DNA of 64,000 nt from Raillietiella orientalis (Eukaryota): contig JAYWIR010000040.1 in assembly GCA_036172245.1 (NCBI GenBank), positions 930,001 to 994,000 on the forward strand, read 5' to 3'. Numbering within the stretch: the stretch's first letter is position 1; every line of letters starts with the position of its first letter. A model generated the notes under the pieces. It did not search any database, was not told the origin of the DNA, and saw only the letters and a program-made list of their open reading frames with translations. Positions 23,995 through 36,824 of this stretch are shown here, in pieces. The position numbers were made by a program, and so were the translations under genes.

Positions 23995-26900
23995 ATTCAC
24001 AGGGATCTTATGTTGACAATTTGAAGAATGGTTACATGAAAGACTCTTTGGTAAGTTTTCAAAGATGCACTATTATTCTTAAAGGAATGTTTCAGTTTTC
24101 ATCTGTTGATTTGCAGGATGCCCAGGTTTCATGCAGAAGTAAAACAGTCATCAGATTTCAACATAAAATCATCAAAGATGGAACAAATGAATCTCATGCT
24201 ACTCTGGAAGAAATGGGTGACATTCATTTTACAGGTTTCAGTACTTAGTTTGGTAGTGCATTTTATATTTTGTATCATATGGTTATTTATGGGTATATAG
24301 TGCTTAGGAGGTGGTATTTCCGCAGTGTTCCGTGGTATTTTATGGTATCTAGGTGTGTTTGTCAAGTTTATTATGCTAAAATAATTCTTATAACCAGAAA
24401 ATTTTTTTATTGTTATTAGATTTAGTTTTTGTGTTAAAATTTTCGTATTAGTTTTTCTTTGAGCATTATGCAAAATAATTGGAAGACGTAGTTGAAGTTT
24501 TAGTGAAATTTTAAAATCAAAAACTTAAATTAAAATGGATTTTTCACATTGAATTGCAAATTAAATTTAAGTGGAAACCTCAAGCAACCTCCTATTATGA
24601 ATCGGAAGTCAATTTAACAAATTTGAATAGCATTTCTTGTATGAAGTCTGTAAGTGTTCAAGAAATCATTGAGACCAGAAATTATTTGTTTCATGCATAT
24701 GCAGTATCTCAGACTTGTGATTTTTCAGTTCTTTCCATTTAGCAAGGTGCATTCCCTATGTATGTGCGTGCATGTGTGTTTTCGTCCACCTGTTAGAAAT
24801 GAGAGTGACTTTTATTGCATATTAATCAGATATGTGTTTGTGCTCTTATCCTCCATGAATTTTTTTAATGCATGTTGAGAATCTTGAAACACAAAAGATT
24901 TTGTACTCAAAAACGTTGAGATGTGAGCAGCTCCTTTCAAATACTCAACTTGAGCTTAAAATTTGAACCCACAGATGTCAATTTTTCTATTTTTTGTCTG
25001 TTCCAACTTTTCATAATTGTTGGACTTTCATATGGCTTCAACATTGCAGGTTTTCCTTTTTTATGTCATTGTAACAGTCTTTGCTTCCCTTATGATGTTC
25101 TGTTGCTTTTACATTAGTTTCACAATTGCATTCATTAATTTCAGATGCTTCATCAAAGAATCCTTATTCTGATTCAAAAAGAAATTCAAAAGTTCATGCT
25201 ATTCCATCTAAATTAGCCAAAAAATTGGAAACCAGCGTTGTAAGTAATTATATGTAAATTTTTGAATCCTTCATAATGTGTACTAGTTTTCAAGCATAAC
25301 TGAAATGATGATTTTACTGAAATCAAATCAAATTTAATTTCTTTTGTCAAAATTGTCAAGTTATAAAAAATCATCATGTATATCAGTTGGTGCAAATAGT
25401 GATACCAATTACATTTGCAAGTGAAAAGCTTTAGAAGTGATATGAGAATGTACTTGAAAAAAAATTCAAATTATTGTGTTTGTTATTATATTGTGCTAAT
25501 GTATTATTTTGTTATAAAGTGCTGCAATCAAGTAATTTGTTTGTTTGTTTTTTTCGTTTTTAAAATGTAGATTATGATGACATAATGCTATCTAGTGTAT
25601 AGTTTTTGCAAAGATCATCTTTCCTTTCTTGTATTTATTTATTTTTTTCCTACAAATACCCCTCTCAGTTTTCTTCTGCAATTTTAGTACTATAAAACCA
25701 ACTGCCTTTAAAAAAGGTTTACATAGTTTTATTTAAGTGACTTTCACCAATAGAACAAGGATATTATTTTTCTTAAAAAACAACCGTGTACTGTAATCTC
25801 ATTTTTAGTGAATTGTCATTTTTTAATAACATTGTAGTCATTTTCTTCAGATAACTGCAATAATGTAATATATTGTAAATGAAGTACAAGTGCATATTTT
25901 ATTGTTGTTTATAGCTGTGTTATATGCAAGAAGGTAGTTGTGCTGCATTTTTTGTTCGAATTGTTCCTTGTACCGGATCCAGAATTCATTGTCATACAAT
26001 TATCATTATGTCTTCAGCAATGAAAAAAAAAAAATTTCAATCCTTTGTACTTTTTTGAATTGCTTGTAAAAGATGAAAACATACCATAATAATAATAATA
26101 AAAAAGTTTTTGCTGCCCATTACAATGATAACTATAGCAAAACAAATTAATTCTGTAGCTGAATATAACCAGTTTAGAATCTACCTGTTGATAGATGATA
26201 AAATTAAATTGCAGTGTTCAGTGATAAAGTATGCTGAAACTATGGCTACCTCGCTATTTTTTGTGTTTTTTAATATTAACAGTGGTGCTGAAGAAGTTTA
26301 AGGATGGCTGTGCCATTTGAACTTGATGAAAGAAGCAAATATAATATTTAACGTACTATTTATATCTGCTGATTTCATGTTTTTCTGTGCTTTCTTTGGA
26401 ATGAGAGTTTTGTTCATAATCTGGCTTATTGTAGTCAGGCCTTGAAAGGTTTTAAAGTAGCTTTCAAAATATTGTTATTAAAGTAAAGTAGGTAGTATCG
26501 CTTTTTGTTCATTGCTTTTTGTTAAATTAATATATGGAATAGAAAACTGATGAATGCTGTAGCTTATGATAATCATAACCAATGTGTCATCATGAAGATA
26601 GGACAAAGTTTATGTAGTTTGTTTTATTTTAATGTCACATTATTTAGATGAGCTTCATCTGTCAGGACACATTTTAGTAGAAAGTTTCCAACTAATTAGT
26701 TATTTGCTTGAGACTGAAGTTCATCTCTATTTAGAAAGGATGCATGTGTGTACTGGAAACCCATTAGGTTATATATGTTTGAAGTGTATTCATATGCTGT
26801 TTACAATTTTAATACATTTTTGAGTAAAAAAAATCACATAAAATCCTTTCTCTCAAGGAGAACGTTTTTTTAATGCTTTGCTCACATTCAGCTGCAGTCT

Positions 26901-29900
26901 TAGTCAATAGGATTGTACCGATTTTTGTGCAGCACTTTAATGTCTCTTACTGATTTCAGAATAATAACGGAAAGAGGAAAAAAAATATTGGTTTGGAAGC
27001 ATCCATGTCTTTCCTTAAGCCTCAGTCTCATGATATGATAATGCCTGATGCATCTCACCTCTCCAAAGATATGACAAGTACAACTGTGGTAAAAGGAGAA
27101 AATGATGGAAGTTCCAGTAAAAAGGAAATAATAACACCGAAAGATCCCATTGAGTCTCCAGCACCACCTCAGAGAAAAAGAAGCAAACCATTGAAATTCA
27201 AGGTTGCTTTTTTTTTGCAAATTTAAGAATTTATTTTTATTTTATTTTTTTATTGATTTTAGTTAATCACTACTCCAGAAGATGAAAGATTGAAGCAAAG
27301 ACAAAGAACGAATGAGCTCTGTGAAGATCCTTTTGAAGTATTACATTTTGTGAAATACATCAAACAGAAAGATAAACCAATTCGTATCTGGGAATGTGGA
27401 ATATGTAAGTTGTTGTAATAACAAGCACAAGTCATTCATGAAAATTAATAGCAACCAAATTTATAAAAATTTGTGCTTGGAATGGTTAACTGGCTAGTTC
27501 TTTGGTGTAGCTTAATTCTTTTTTAATTTTGTTCATGATTTGCAAATTGTCTGTGATTTTGATATGCTTTTCAGGTAAATTTCTTCCAATTTGCTTTGGA
27601 TTTCATATTCTGTTTATTTGCCTGTTTGTCTGAATTGGAGATAACAGTTTTGTGAGAATGAAAGGTCTTATGATCTCATTTAGTTCTTCATAACTTCCTC
27701 TGCTTTTCCAATGTATTTCAGGAAGCTGGTAATTGAATCATATAGGAGTGTTTTTGTCATAAATCACAAATACTGATTCTGATTCTTGTTCAGCATCAAT
27801 TCATTCTTAATAAGAATACCTAAATGTCTGTTGCGTTTCATAGAAAGTATCCACAGAAAGTAATGAAATAAAAGTAATGAAGTTTTTGTGATGTTTTTAA
27901 ACGATGTCTATGTTTGTATATTTTCCACTTTCCTTGAAGGATTTGAGGGAAACAATGTTTTGAAATCCTTCAAGGACATAATTTTTGCTACTATTAGAGT
28001 AATATTTTATCTTTTTGCCCTTGGACTATTTTCGATAATTTATGTTTGTGAGTAGTGTTTCTTTGAAGTATCAGTATTTTTCTTGGTCAGTAGATCATTC
28101 ATGTTCTTTTCATAACAGTTGGTTGCATCTTTATGCAAATTAATTGTTAAAAGATTTGGAAAATGGATTGCATTTTAAGGTCCTCGGCAATTTTATCATC
28201 AGTTTGAATTAACTCGTCATTTACCAGTTCATGCAATGGATAACTACTATACTTGTCCTATTTGCAACAAAGGTTTTAAACAGGTAATTTGCTGAGTAAC
28301 CAGTGTAAATACTTACTCTTTTAAAGCTAAGTACACTTTCACAGCACAAAGCTATGCACAGCAGAGCTAAACCATATGTGTGTGAGGTGTGTCTTAAATG
28401 CTTTGCTAGGGTTTCGTCTCTTATTTCTCACAAGAAAATCCACATGATAGAGAAGCAATTCAAGTGTACTATTTGTGGCAAAGGATTCACACAAAAAGGT
28501 AATTGTTGAATTGTGGTATTGTTTAAGATGAGTGGATAGTTTAGCCATGTATTATTAATTCATGGGAAACATGACAGTTTTCTTAATATTCATTATTTTT
28601 TTTAGCGAATATGCAGAAACATGTCCAAACTCATGAGCAGAACAAACCTTTCAGATGTGAAATTTGCAATCGAGGCTTCCATCATTTAGCCAATCTCCTA
28701 TGTCACAGAGTTAGGGTAAGAAACAAATTATATCTGTTGTTTAATTGCTTTCTTTAGACTCATTCAGTTCTTACTGAAGATTCTGGAATGCCAAGTATGA
28801 TTCAGGTGTCCAACTCAACAGATGGAGAATTAACTGCATATCAATGCAATCTTTGCAACAAAGCTTTTAGAACTTCTGTCCAATTACATCTTCATATTGA
28901 AAGCACACATGTTATGAAAGTTGTAATCACAAAGCAGAAATCATTGTATGTCATTTAGCTGAGTTTGCCTTCAGTGTGAATGATTATTAGAACCCCAAAC
29001 AATAAGGTTCCTAGAGTGCTACATGCTTCTGCTAATGCAGGGAAGATGAGCGTATCGTCTTCAGACAGCACACTTAGATCCCAAATAGATAGACTTATGA
29101 AATCTATTCATAAGGGAGTGCAGCAGAAAAGCTTACCACAAGCAGTGTGTTCATCTGATCTCAATACCTTTACTAAAAATTCTGTCTCCAAATCTGTGCT
29201 TAATACTTCAAAAAGAACAAAATCCAAGGTAAGTGATAAACAAATCTCTTTTTTTTTTGTTGATTGGGACTGAATACATTTAATTTTCTTGTGCTTAAAA
29301 TGATGTAGAGTTTTTCATTATGCACTTCAAGGGTGTAATGGAAAACAGCCATTATTTGTGAATTTCATCATACATCAAAATTTTCATGTATGATTTTTTG
29401 ATTATGAAGTTTCATTGTATACCTACAGTTTTCATTTGATTTTCATATGATACACTATATGATATTGTATGCACTGAAAAGAATTTTAGTTCCTTATGGT
29501 GTGCAGAATTTTGTATTTGAATCTTATATGTTAAACAGTAAACTCATTTATCCCTCTGTAGTACTGATATAATTTGGCTACTTTACATTTCATAGAAAAG
29601 ACATTCGTGGCAAATGTTTATTCTACCATGCATCATCAACAGTTTTATTCCCTGACATTCTTAGCTGTTTCTCTCTCTGTTTGGTATTCCAACAGATTGG
29701 TATTCCAAGTAGTTGACCTTTTTTTCTACAGGCCTAATTGTAGCCAGTTACATTTCGCACATTATCATTTAGGGCAGCTTTCAGAAAGTGTATGATTTTT
29801 CCATTCTTTAAAAGCAATTAATAAGTTATAGATTTTCTAGTCAGTGGCCAGAATAAAACACTATAGAGTTTGCATAGTGTTTTGTTGTTGAAAAAGTGAT

Positions 29901-31457
29901 GAACATGTATCTTCGTAATGTGTGTATGCATGTCTTCATGAAAGTAAAATGATTACTGTCTCTTATGCTTGTTGCAGTTTTACAAGTGGTTCTTGCATTT
30001 GCATTAGAAATTTCTTGTGCATATTTACTGGGTATCTTCCCTGTACCTAAAGAAATACAGGTCAATCATCATTTTGAAATCTTTAGCACAGCTTTCCTTG
30101 AGTTGGGGTATTAGCTTTACAGCTCGTTTTTAGCATATTGTAGGGAACTGATTTTGATGTTTTCTACTGTTGCAGTGCCTGTCATCTGATTTGTGATGCA
30201 TTAAATGTCAGTGAAGTTTTAGTATTAATGAATGTTTGATCATTGTGGTAGTGGTATTTAAATCTACTGGATACCTTCATCCAAATTTGGGAACCACATT
30301 TTTGCAACCGAATTTTTTTTTCGTTTTGTGTCGTTTTCTTGGGCATATTTGAAATTGTGCTGCTTTCCTGGAGTAGCAGGCTGAACATCTGATACTTTAT
30401 GTAGAAAATCCTCATAACTAGGTCTTTTTGAGTATACATTCAGTGTGTTGCTTATGTGCAAGTGGCTGTATATTTGTGTTTAGTGAGTTGGTTTAATCAT
30501 GTGTTTCAATGTGCCAGTTATGAAGACCTAGGAATTGCACTTATTTGTTTTGCCATTGTAATCATGCAACGAACTGATAAATTTGTTTGTAGGTCCCTGT
30601 TCCCAAACTGACTCGAATATGTAATAGTGAAGAGGGACAAGAGAATGAGAAGACAAAGGTATAAGATCCTGTTCTCTGACTGCCTAGTGGAATTGGTTTT
30701 TAGGTCCAAACTGATGTGCTTGTGCTAGATCCAATCAACACAAAAGCAATGGAATGGTCACGACAGAACAATCAGTTGGCGTTTGCTCTTTTCAAACCTA
30801 TGAAAGGAGTACCTGTTCTAGTCAAGATTCTTGATACTCCAAATAATAAACAGGTTTTAGGCGTTTGAAATTTTTTTTTTTTTTTCCTTTTCTTTTAAAT
30901 ATTTCGAAGTTGATTCATTTGGTTGAATTGAATAGGTTCTGTGTCCTGCGACTGCAGAAGATTTGAAAGAATTTGGCAAGATATTTGTACCAGAGAATTC
31001 AGATACTTGCAAGCTGACTCAAAATGTTCAAATGAAAGTTCCTGTTGTAGCAAGTATCACACAAACTGTTGCTGAAGATGGAGAGATGGTTATTACTGTG
31101 GAACCTGTTACTAGTGAAACAGAGGACAGCTACCTAGATCAAGATTTTCAGATGTCTCCTGTAGAGGATTCATCGCTGGAGCTGTTTAATAATCAATATT
31201 CTGATGCTATATCTGAAACAGAAAGCAACCTGTTGTTGGAATCAAATCATCATGAACTTCCCATAGAATTGTTAGCTCCGATGACACCCAATTCGGAAAA
31301 TCTGATTTCGGACACCACTCTGGAAAATTCTCAGCCCATGCAATATTACCGTGAAGATGAGAGCTCCATGCTTAATGAGATCCCATCAGTGAACCACATG
31401 AATCTGATGGTTGTATCAAATCAGCAAGATGATGATGTAATTAGCTCAGGTATGTAG
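23995..31457 (+). CDS. C2H2 zinc-finger transcription factor (6 fingers). Confident exons: 26960-27202, 27263-27404, 28180-28283, 28327-28498, 28606-28715, 28758-28945, 28991-29228, 30593-30658, 30704-30853, 30936-31457. Upstream exons (23995-24050, 24096-~24240) and the start codon are uncertain
   Basis: Spliced fingers WECGIC..HQFELTRHLPVH, YTCPICNKGFKQLSTLSQHKAMH, YVCEVCLKCFARVSSLISHKKIH, FKCTICGKGFTQKANMQKHVQTH, FRCEICNRGFHHLANLLCHRVRTH and YQCNLC..HIESTH, with phase-consistent GT-AG introns. The C-terminal FALFKPMKGVPVLVK...PATAEDLK...KVPVVA motif recalls an arthropod-conserved family (Drosophila CG15269-like, from memory, unverified). Confidence 0.9.
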
Positions 31458-32570
31458 TGACGTTTGTACTAACGCTGCTTTGAGTTCTACATGTAATACA
31501 GATCAACTTTAATTAACTTTATCGTGGGTTTAAAATACCCTCTAGCGCAAAGTAGCACTTATTTTCATTTTTGCATTTGTAATATTCATGTGCAGCGAGA
31601 GTGTGACCCCAAAAATTTCAACATACGGCTTTCATTCAACTCTTGACAATCGGCCGGATGCGAGAGAATCTTTTGTTCATCAAAAGTTTTTGCCTATTGC
31701 ATATCCGTATCAACCCAAGTAGGTATTAAGGAGAGGACAAGTTGCGATTTGCAGTAGAAAGCAGTCACGAAAAATTGATTGCGTGCGAAATCGCAGTAAA
31801 CGTTTTTTGTTTCGATGGGAACTTCCCAATTTCGTCACGGAAAATGGGAGTTGTGTAACTTTCCGCGGGGTGCAAGTCCCCCAGCCAAGTAATGTAATGT
31901 CTGTGCATTTGGCCATCCGATTCGTACGGTGTGAAAGCGGAAGTTAACCAAAGGAAGTCTGCGTAGGTCCTTCGAAGGCCAGGAGCGAGGTGCGGGCATG
32001 AATTTTCGTTCCCTTCGAGTCGGGGACGCTCTTCCTGGGAACAGATGCGCTCGCCGAACTTATAGGGTTGCGAAGTTACAGCACGAAACCAATGATATAT
32101 CCCCGAGCATGCGTTTCGTTGCGCTGGCGGCACCTTTGCTCGGAAAAAAGGTGCGTTTTGTGGACCGAAAGCAGCAGCATCCCAGCATAGAAGCGAGATT
32201 TGCGCACGCGTTCGGCAGAGACCGTGTATGTTAAGGAGTCGCCCTTTTTTCCTTTTTTTTTTCTTCTTCTCCTTTTTGTAGTGTTTCCACGTTGTTTCTG
32301 TCATTGCTTGCGTCGCGGAGACCATCGCACCCATCTGTGTTGATCTCTTAATCGGCACGCACGGTGATGCTGTGCATCATGTGGAGTATTCGCAAATCGG
32401 TGCGTGCCTTCCCACGTGCCTCTTAAAGGGCGTGGGGGTTCAGAACGATGGCATTTCGCACCTAAGTGTGTCCTCCGGGGCACGCATGTGGGGAGTCCTC
32501 GTTCCCCACCACGAGCGCGGCGGAATGCGGTCCACGACTCGACCTCGAGATCGTTTCTTTCCGAGTTCAG

Positions 32571-33000
32571 CGGGACCGATGCTCACCACCCTCTGTGTAA
32601 TCACTTCGAATTCCTCTGTAGATGACCCGAGGATGGAGATCGATTCTTTCGACCAGCAGAGCGTGCACCTATTTTGCCAGCGAGCGGATGGGTCTCTTGA
32701 AATAATCGGAACGGAGAAGCAGCAGCTGAGTCAGATCTCCGACGCCCGAACTGTTCATCCGGGAAGCAAGTGGAACGGTTGCTCGCAGTTGATATTCAAC
32801 GACGACCCCGAGCAGGTTGTGAACGGGAAACGTGTCCGTGCCTTTTTTTTTCTATAGCGCTGTGGCCATTCCAGCTCTTCATCAGAGATTCTTCAGAGCC
32901 GATGCACATGTTGATGGTGCAGCGGCTTCAGGAGGACGAGAGCAAAGAAGTCGAATACATCGTGCAGGCTGGCGAGGACGTGTCGTCGTTAGGGAATTGA
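32571..33000 (+). CDS. Possible additional 3' exons of the zinc-finger gene (32571-~32815 and ~32858-33000)
   Basis: Donor TCAG|GTATGT at 31449/31450 is phase 1 and matches the acceptor TTCAG|CG at 32570/32571, in frame with AGPMLTTL...HLFCQRADGSLEII. The last exon's frame is unresolved. AATAAA at ~33452. Confidence 0.4.
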
Positions 33001-33219
33001 ATCGCACTCATTATATATTGGCTCTGCAGCGCACACTTGTGTTTTATTTAGAATGACTCGTACATGTGTTTCTTTTCGTAGTTTCTCAAATTGCAAACGT
33101 TTTTCTGAAGCTTTTTGAAGCGAGATCCGGGATCCTCTTTCCACTGCCATCGAAGTGTGATGTGGCTGTTTTTCTCGTTTCCGATGTAGACGACGTTGAC
33201 TTGGGATGAAAGCAGAGCA

Positions 33220-33237
33220 TTTTTTTTTTTTGTTGAT

Positions 33238-33283
<46 letters not shown>
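33220..33283 (+). repeat. Poly(T) tract (~60 nt, briefly interrupted)
   Basis: Directly visible T run. Confidence 0.9.
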
Positions 33284-34405
33284 CCTCTCCGCCCCCTCCC
33301 CCCCCACTACCTTTCTGAGAGAGCTCGATGGCGGAAGCGTATGAGTAGCAGTGGCTGTCTTATTGACACCAGAGTCCAGACTGAAATTCACGTGAGTGAA
33401 GAGATGACCATGAGAAGAGATGTGCTAAGATGTGACATTTTTATAGAATGAAAATAAATGATTTTATAGATTTGTGACACCTTTCGTTGAGAACGACTTT
33501 TTTCCAGCCCTACTCGTGTAGCTCGGATCGAAAGTGAAGGCGGATGGGGGCCGCCTTGCAGGTTTTGGCCGAAGGAGTTGCACGGCTCGGTCAGAATCCG
33601 TTTGTTTCGTGGGTGCTCTCGCCGTGGCACGACGGAATGGGATCGTTGCTTTCGGATTTCTCTGGACCGCCATTTTCGAGCGCTTCCTTTCAGATTCTTT
33701 TGTGTTTTCCTTGTGAGGGACGCTTATGGTATCACACTGTCAGACGTATAATCTCCGTAGCGTGAGCAAGCACTTATTCTCGAAACCCACATGAAGCCAT
33801 GGTGGCACTGAGTCTTCGTGATAGAGGCAGTACTTTCTGGCGTGGCTCCTTCTTTTTTTCTTTTTTTTCTAGTAGAGGCCGAAGGAAAATTTACGTCGCC
33901 ATTTATTTTGTGACAATATTTGGGGTCGTTTGACGACGATCAGCTGAAAAATGAGGTGTCCAACGAAAGTTACGCAGACACGAGTTCGGCGATGTCGTTA
34001 TGCGTTTTTTTTTTCTTCCATGTTCTTGGTCTGGATGGGGCTGTTGAGACACGGAGGCTGGCACTTTGGCTTTGCGACCCGAGTGCAAGATCTGGTAAAG
34101 AATAAAATGGATCAAAGAAAGATAGATTAGTAGAGTGCACGAGTTCGCACAGGCGGGAAAGCATTGCAGTACAACTGAGAAGTACTGTGTACCGTGAGAA
34201 AACCCCAAGAGTGGCAACATCAGGATGAGCACAGGGATCCAAGTTGCCAGCAAGAGCAGAAAGGAACTTTCGTATTGGAGCCGAAACCGAATGAGGAAAC
34301 AGCAGGACGCAGTCGGAAAGGAAGATGGGATGGAAGGTCTGGGCAAGTCGCAAGCGCGTGAAGGGAACGCGGTACGTGTCCGGGGGGCGCTCGTGTGGCC
34401 TTTCA

Positions 34406-36824
34406 TCCGAGGACGGTAGGGTTCAGAGGTCGCGACGGCTGCCTCTTCGCCATGGTGGTTTTCCGAACCACGTCGTCTCCCTGCCCTCCTCTGCTTCTTG
34501 CGGGCAATCCCATCACTGTTTAGCATCGGCCTCTTTCCGAGAAGAGGAAGGTGGAACCAGTCTATTCCGAAAGGCTTTCGTGACCCCGCGTGTGAACGGC
34601 TGTGTGGGTGGTGCTGGGGGGATTGCACCAAGGCAACCAAAGAAAACTGAAGTTTCCCTTCTTTCTTGGGTGACGCACAGAAGACTCGGGTGGAGAACGG
34701 CAGAGCATTCTCCCTTCCTGGCGAAATGGCGAGACGAAGAGGAGGAGGTTGGAAACGAGAGAAGCCCATCATGAACTCAGGGTGGGAAATGAAGGATAGA
34801 AGCAAAGGTTAGGAGTAGGGAGCGGAGGAGTGGAGGCACGAAGAATCGGGAGACGGAGCGAAGAGGAAGAAGCTGCAGCATCCCAGCCGACAACGCCCAT
34901 TTATCAGCGGTATCAATCAACCGAGATGCAGGGTGCCTCTCCGCGAAGGTCATCCTTATCCTGCTGCTCTTCGGGGAGAGGGCGGGAGACGTGGCGCGCT
35001 GGAAAGCCGCCGCGCCAAACTGGGCTCTGCAAGGCGCCACCGGGCGATTCGCCGCGTCTGCGTGTCTGCCTCCCTCTCGTCCCCTGCTCTTTATCTAGTC
35101 GGGGATCCTCCCGGCGGTGCGACCACGGCGCAGGCCCGACGTCGGCATCGACCCCTCCCCTGCGGGTGTGTTGGGCGAGGCAGCCTCGACTCCTTCTCCG
35201 GGATCGGCACGGTGGTCCGGAGAGGTGCCGAAAAGCAGACTGGGGAGCGGGGACGTATCTAAAGGACCCCCCCTCCCTCTCAACCGCCTCATCCATCTGC
35301 TTCTGGCCAATCTGGGGAGTTGGCTGCATTTTCGGAAGTCTCGCGCTTCCGGGTCTGGACGCAGGCATCCGGTCCAAGGGATGATCTGAGGTTGTCACCT
35401 TGTCACACCGGGACGTTTATCGTAGAGAAACAACAACAAACATACAACATTTGTGGTGGGACAAGAAGCCCCACCACACCCTATTCTTCAGTGGATCCTA
35501 CCGGGTCACCGGTACGCAGACCAGCGGACTCACCTCGGCAGCGGAAGGGAATGGGAAAAAGAAACAAAAAGTGAAAGAAATAACAAATAAATAAATAAAT
35601 AAAAACACTCCGGAGGGCCGGGAAGGGATCACTGTCAGCTGGAGGGAGTGTGCATCCTTTCCAGCATGCCAGCGAGGTCCGTCCGAATGACTCCAAGGTG
35701 GGCCATCTGGCCGCTATCCGTAGGAAGCGAACTGCGCAGTCGATGGCGTCCCCTTCGTTTCTTCTTCGTTCTTTGTCTGCGGTCCGAGCCGCCACAATCC
35801 TGAGGATGCAGCAGAGTGCTGCCAGAGCTGCGGACGGCTGCAGGGCGTCTGCACAAAGAGTTTCACAACGTCCCTGCGGTTGCTGCCGGGGGGTTCCAAA
35901 GGTAGTCCCAAAGCGTTCCCAAAGGTGCCGAAGGGAAGGCACTAACAGGTGCGGGAAGGATTCCCGTTCCTCGCACCTGCCACAGTCCGGACTCACCCTC
36001 CCCAGCGTCCAGTGATATCGGCGCGCGTGCTGCAGGGGAAACTCCAATGCAACAACAGAAGCGCCGACTCCTTCCACTTCAGGGTGAGGATGCTGGTGAC
36101 CTTCAGCACTGGGGCCGCTCCTGGCCTTCGGTTGAAATGCCGGGAAGCTCGTCCCAACGCTGTAATCCTCGCAGAAGGACGCTCGGGGTCGCGGCATCCA
36201 CCAGCCGTCCCGTGGTCGACCCGCTCATCTTACGCCCGCCTGCGATCTCGCAGGAGACTTCTCACCGCGGCCTTCGGCTGCTGCCAAGTGTCCTCCTCAG
36301 GAAGCGCAGTGCTGCAGCAAGGGGCGTCGTCTCCGCCCACGTGCTCCTGTCGGGACACTCCAGGATCTTCCGAAGCGAGCAGCGGGAGTAGTTGGCGAAT
36401 CGCAGGCAGTTTCACCTATCAGTTCCAGACCCATTCAACTTCGCCCACGAGGGATGATCTGGGGAGGAAAGGCGGACGGAGCAAGGTGAGAGCTGCTTCA
36501 TCCTTTCAAGGGCTCCAGTCACGTACCTCTTCCTTCTCCGGGCGACTTTCCCTGACTCCCCCATCCTCATCTTTTCCGACTGAGTATCTCCGCGTGCAAG
36601 CCTCCGAGGGAACCTGGTCAGGGGGAGGGAGCTGGGGTTGTGGAGCGCTAGGCAAGCCGGGACGAAGCGGAGGGGAGAAGGGAGCGCGAAGAGAGATGGA
36701 CACTGCGTTCCTTTTTCCGAGGACGGTAGAGGTCAGAGGTCGGGGCCGCTGCCTTCTCGCCACGGTTGTTTTCCGAACCACGTCGCCTCCCCGCCCTCCT
36801 CTGTTCCCTGCGGGCGATCCCATC
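34406..36824. repeat. Dispersed direct repeat pair 34406-34514 / 36716-36824 (109 bp, no indels, ~15 mismatches by eye)
   Basis: tccgaggacggtag...ttttccgaaccacgtcg...gcgggc.atcccatc occurs at both sites. Confidence 0.85.
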
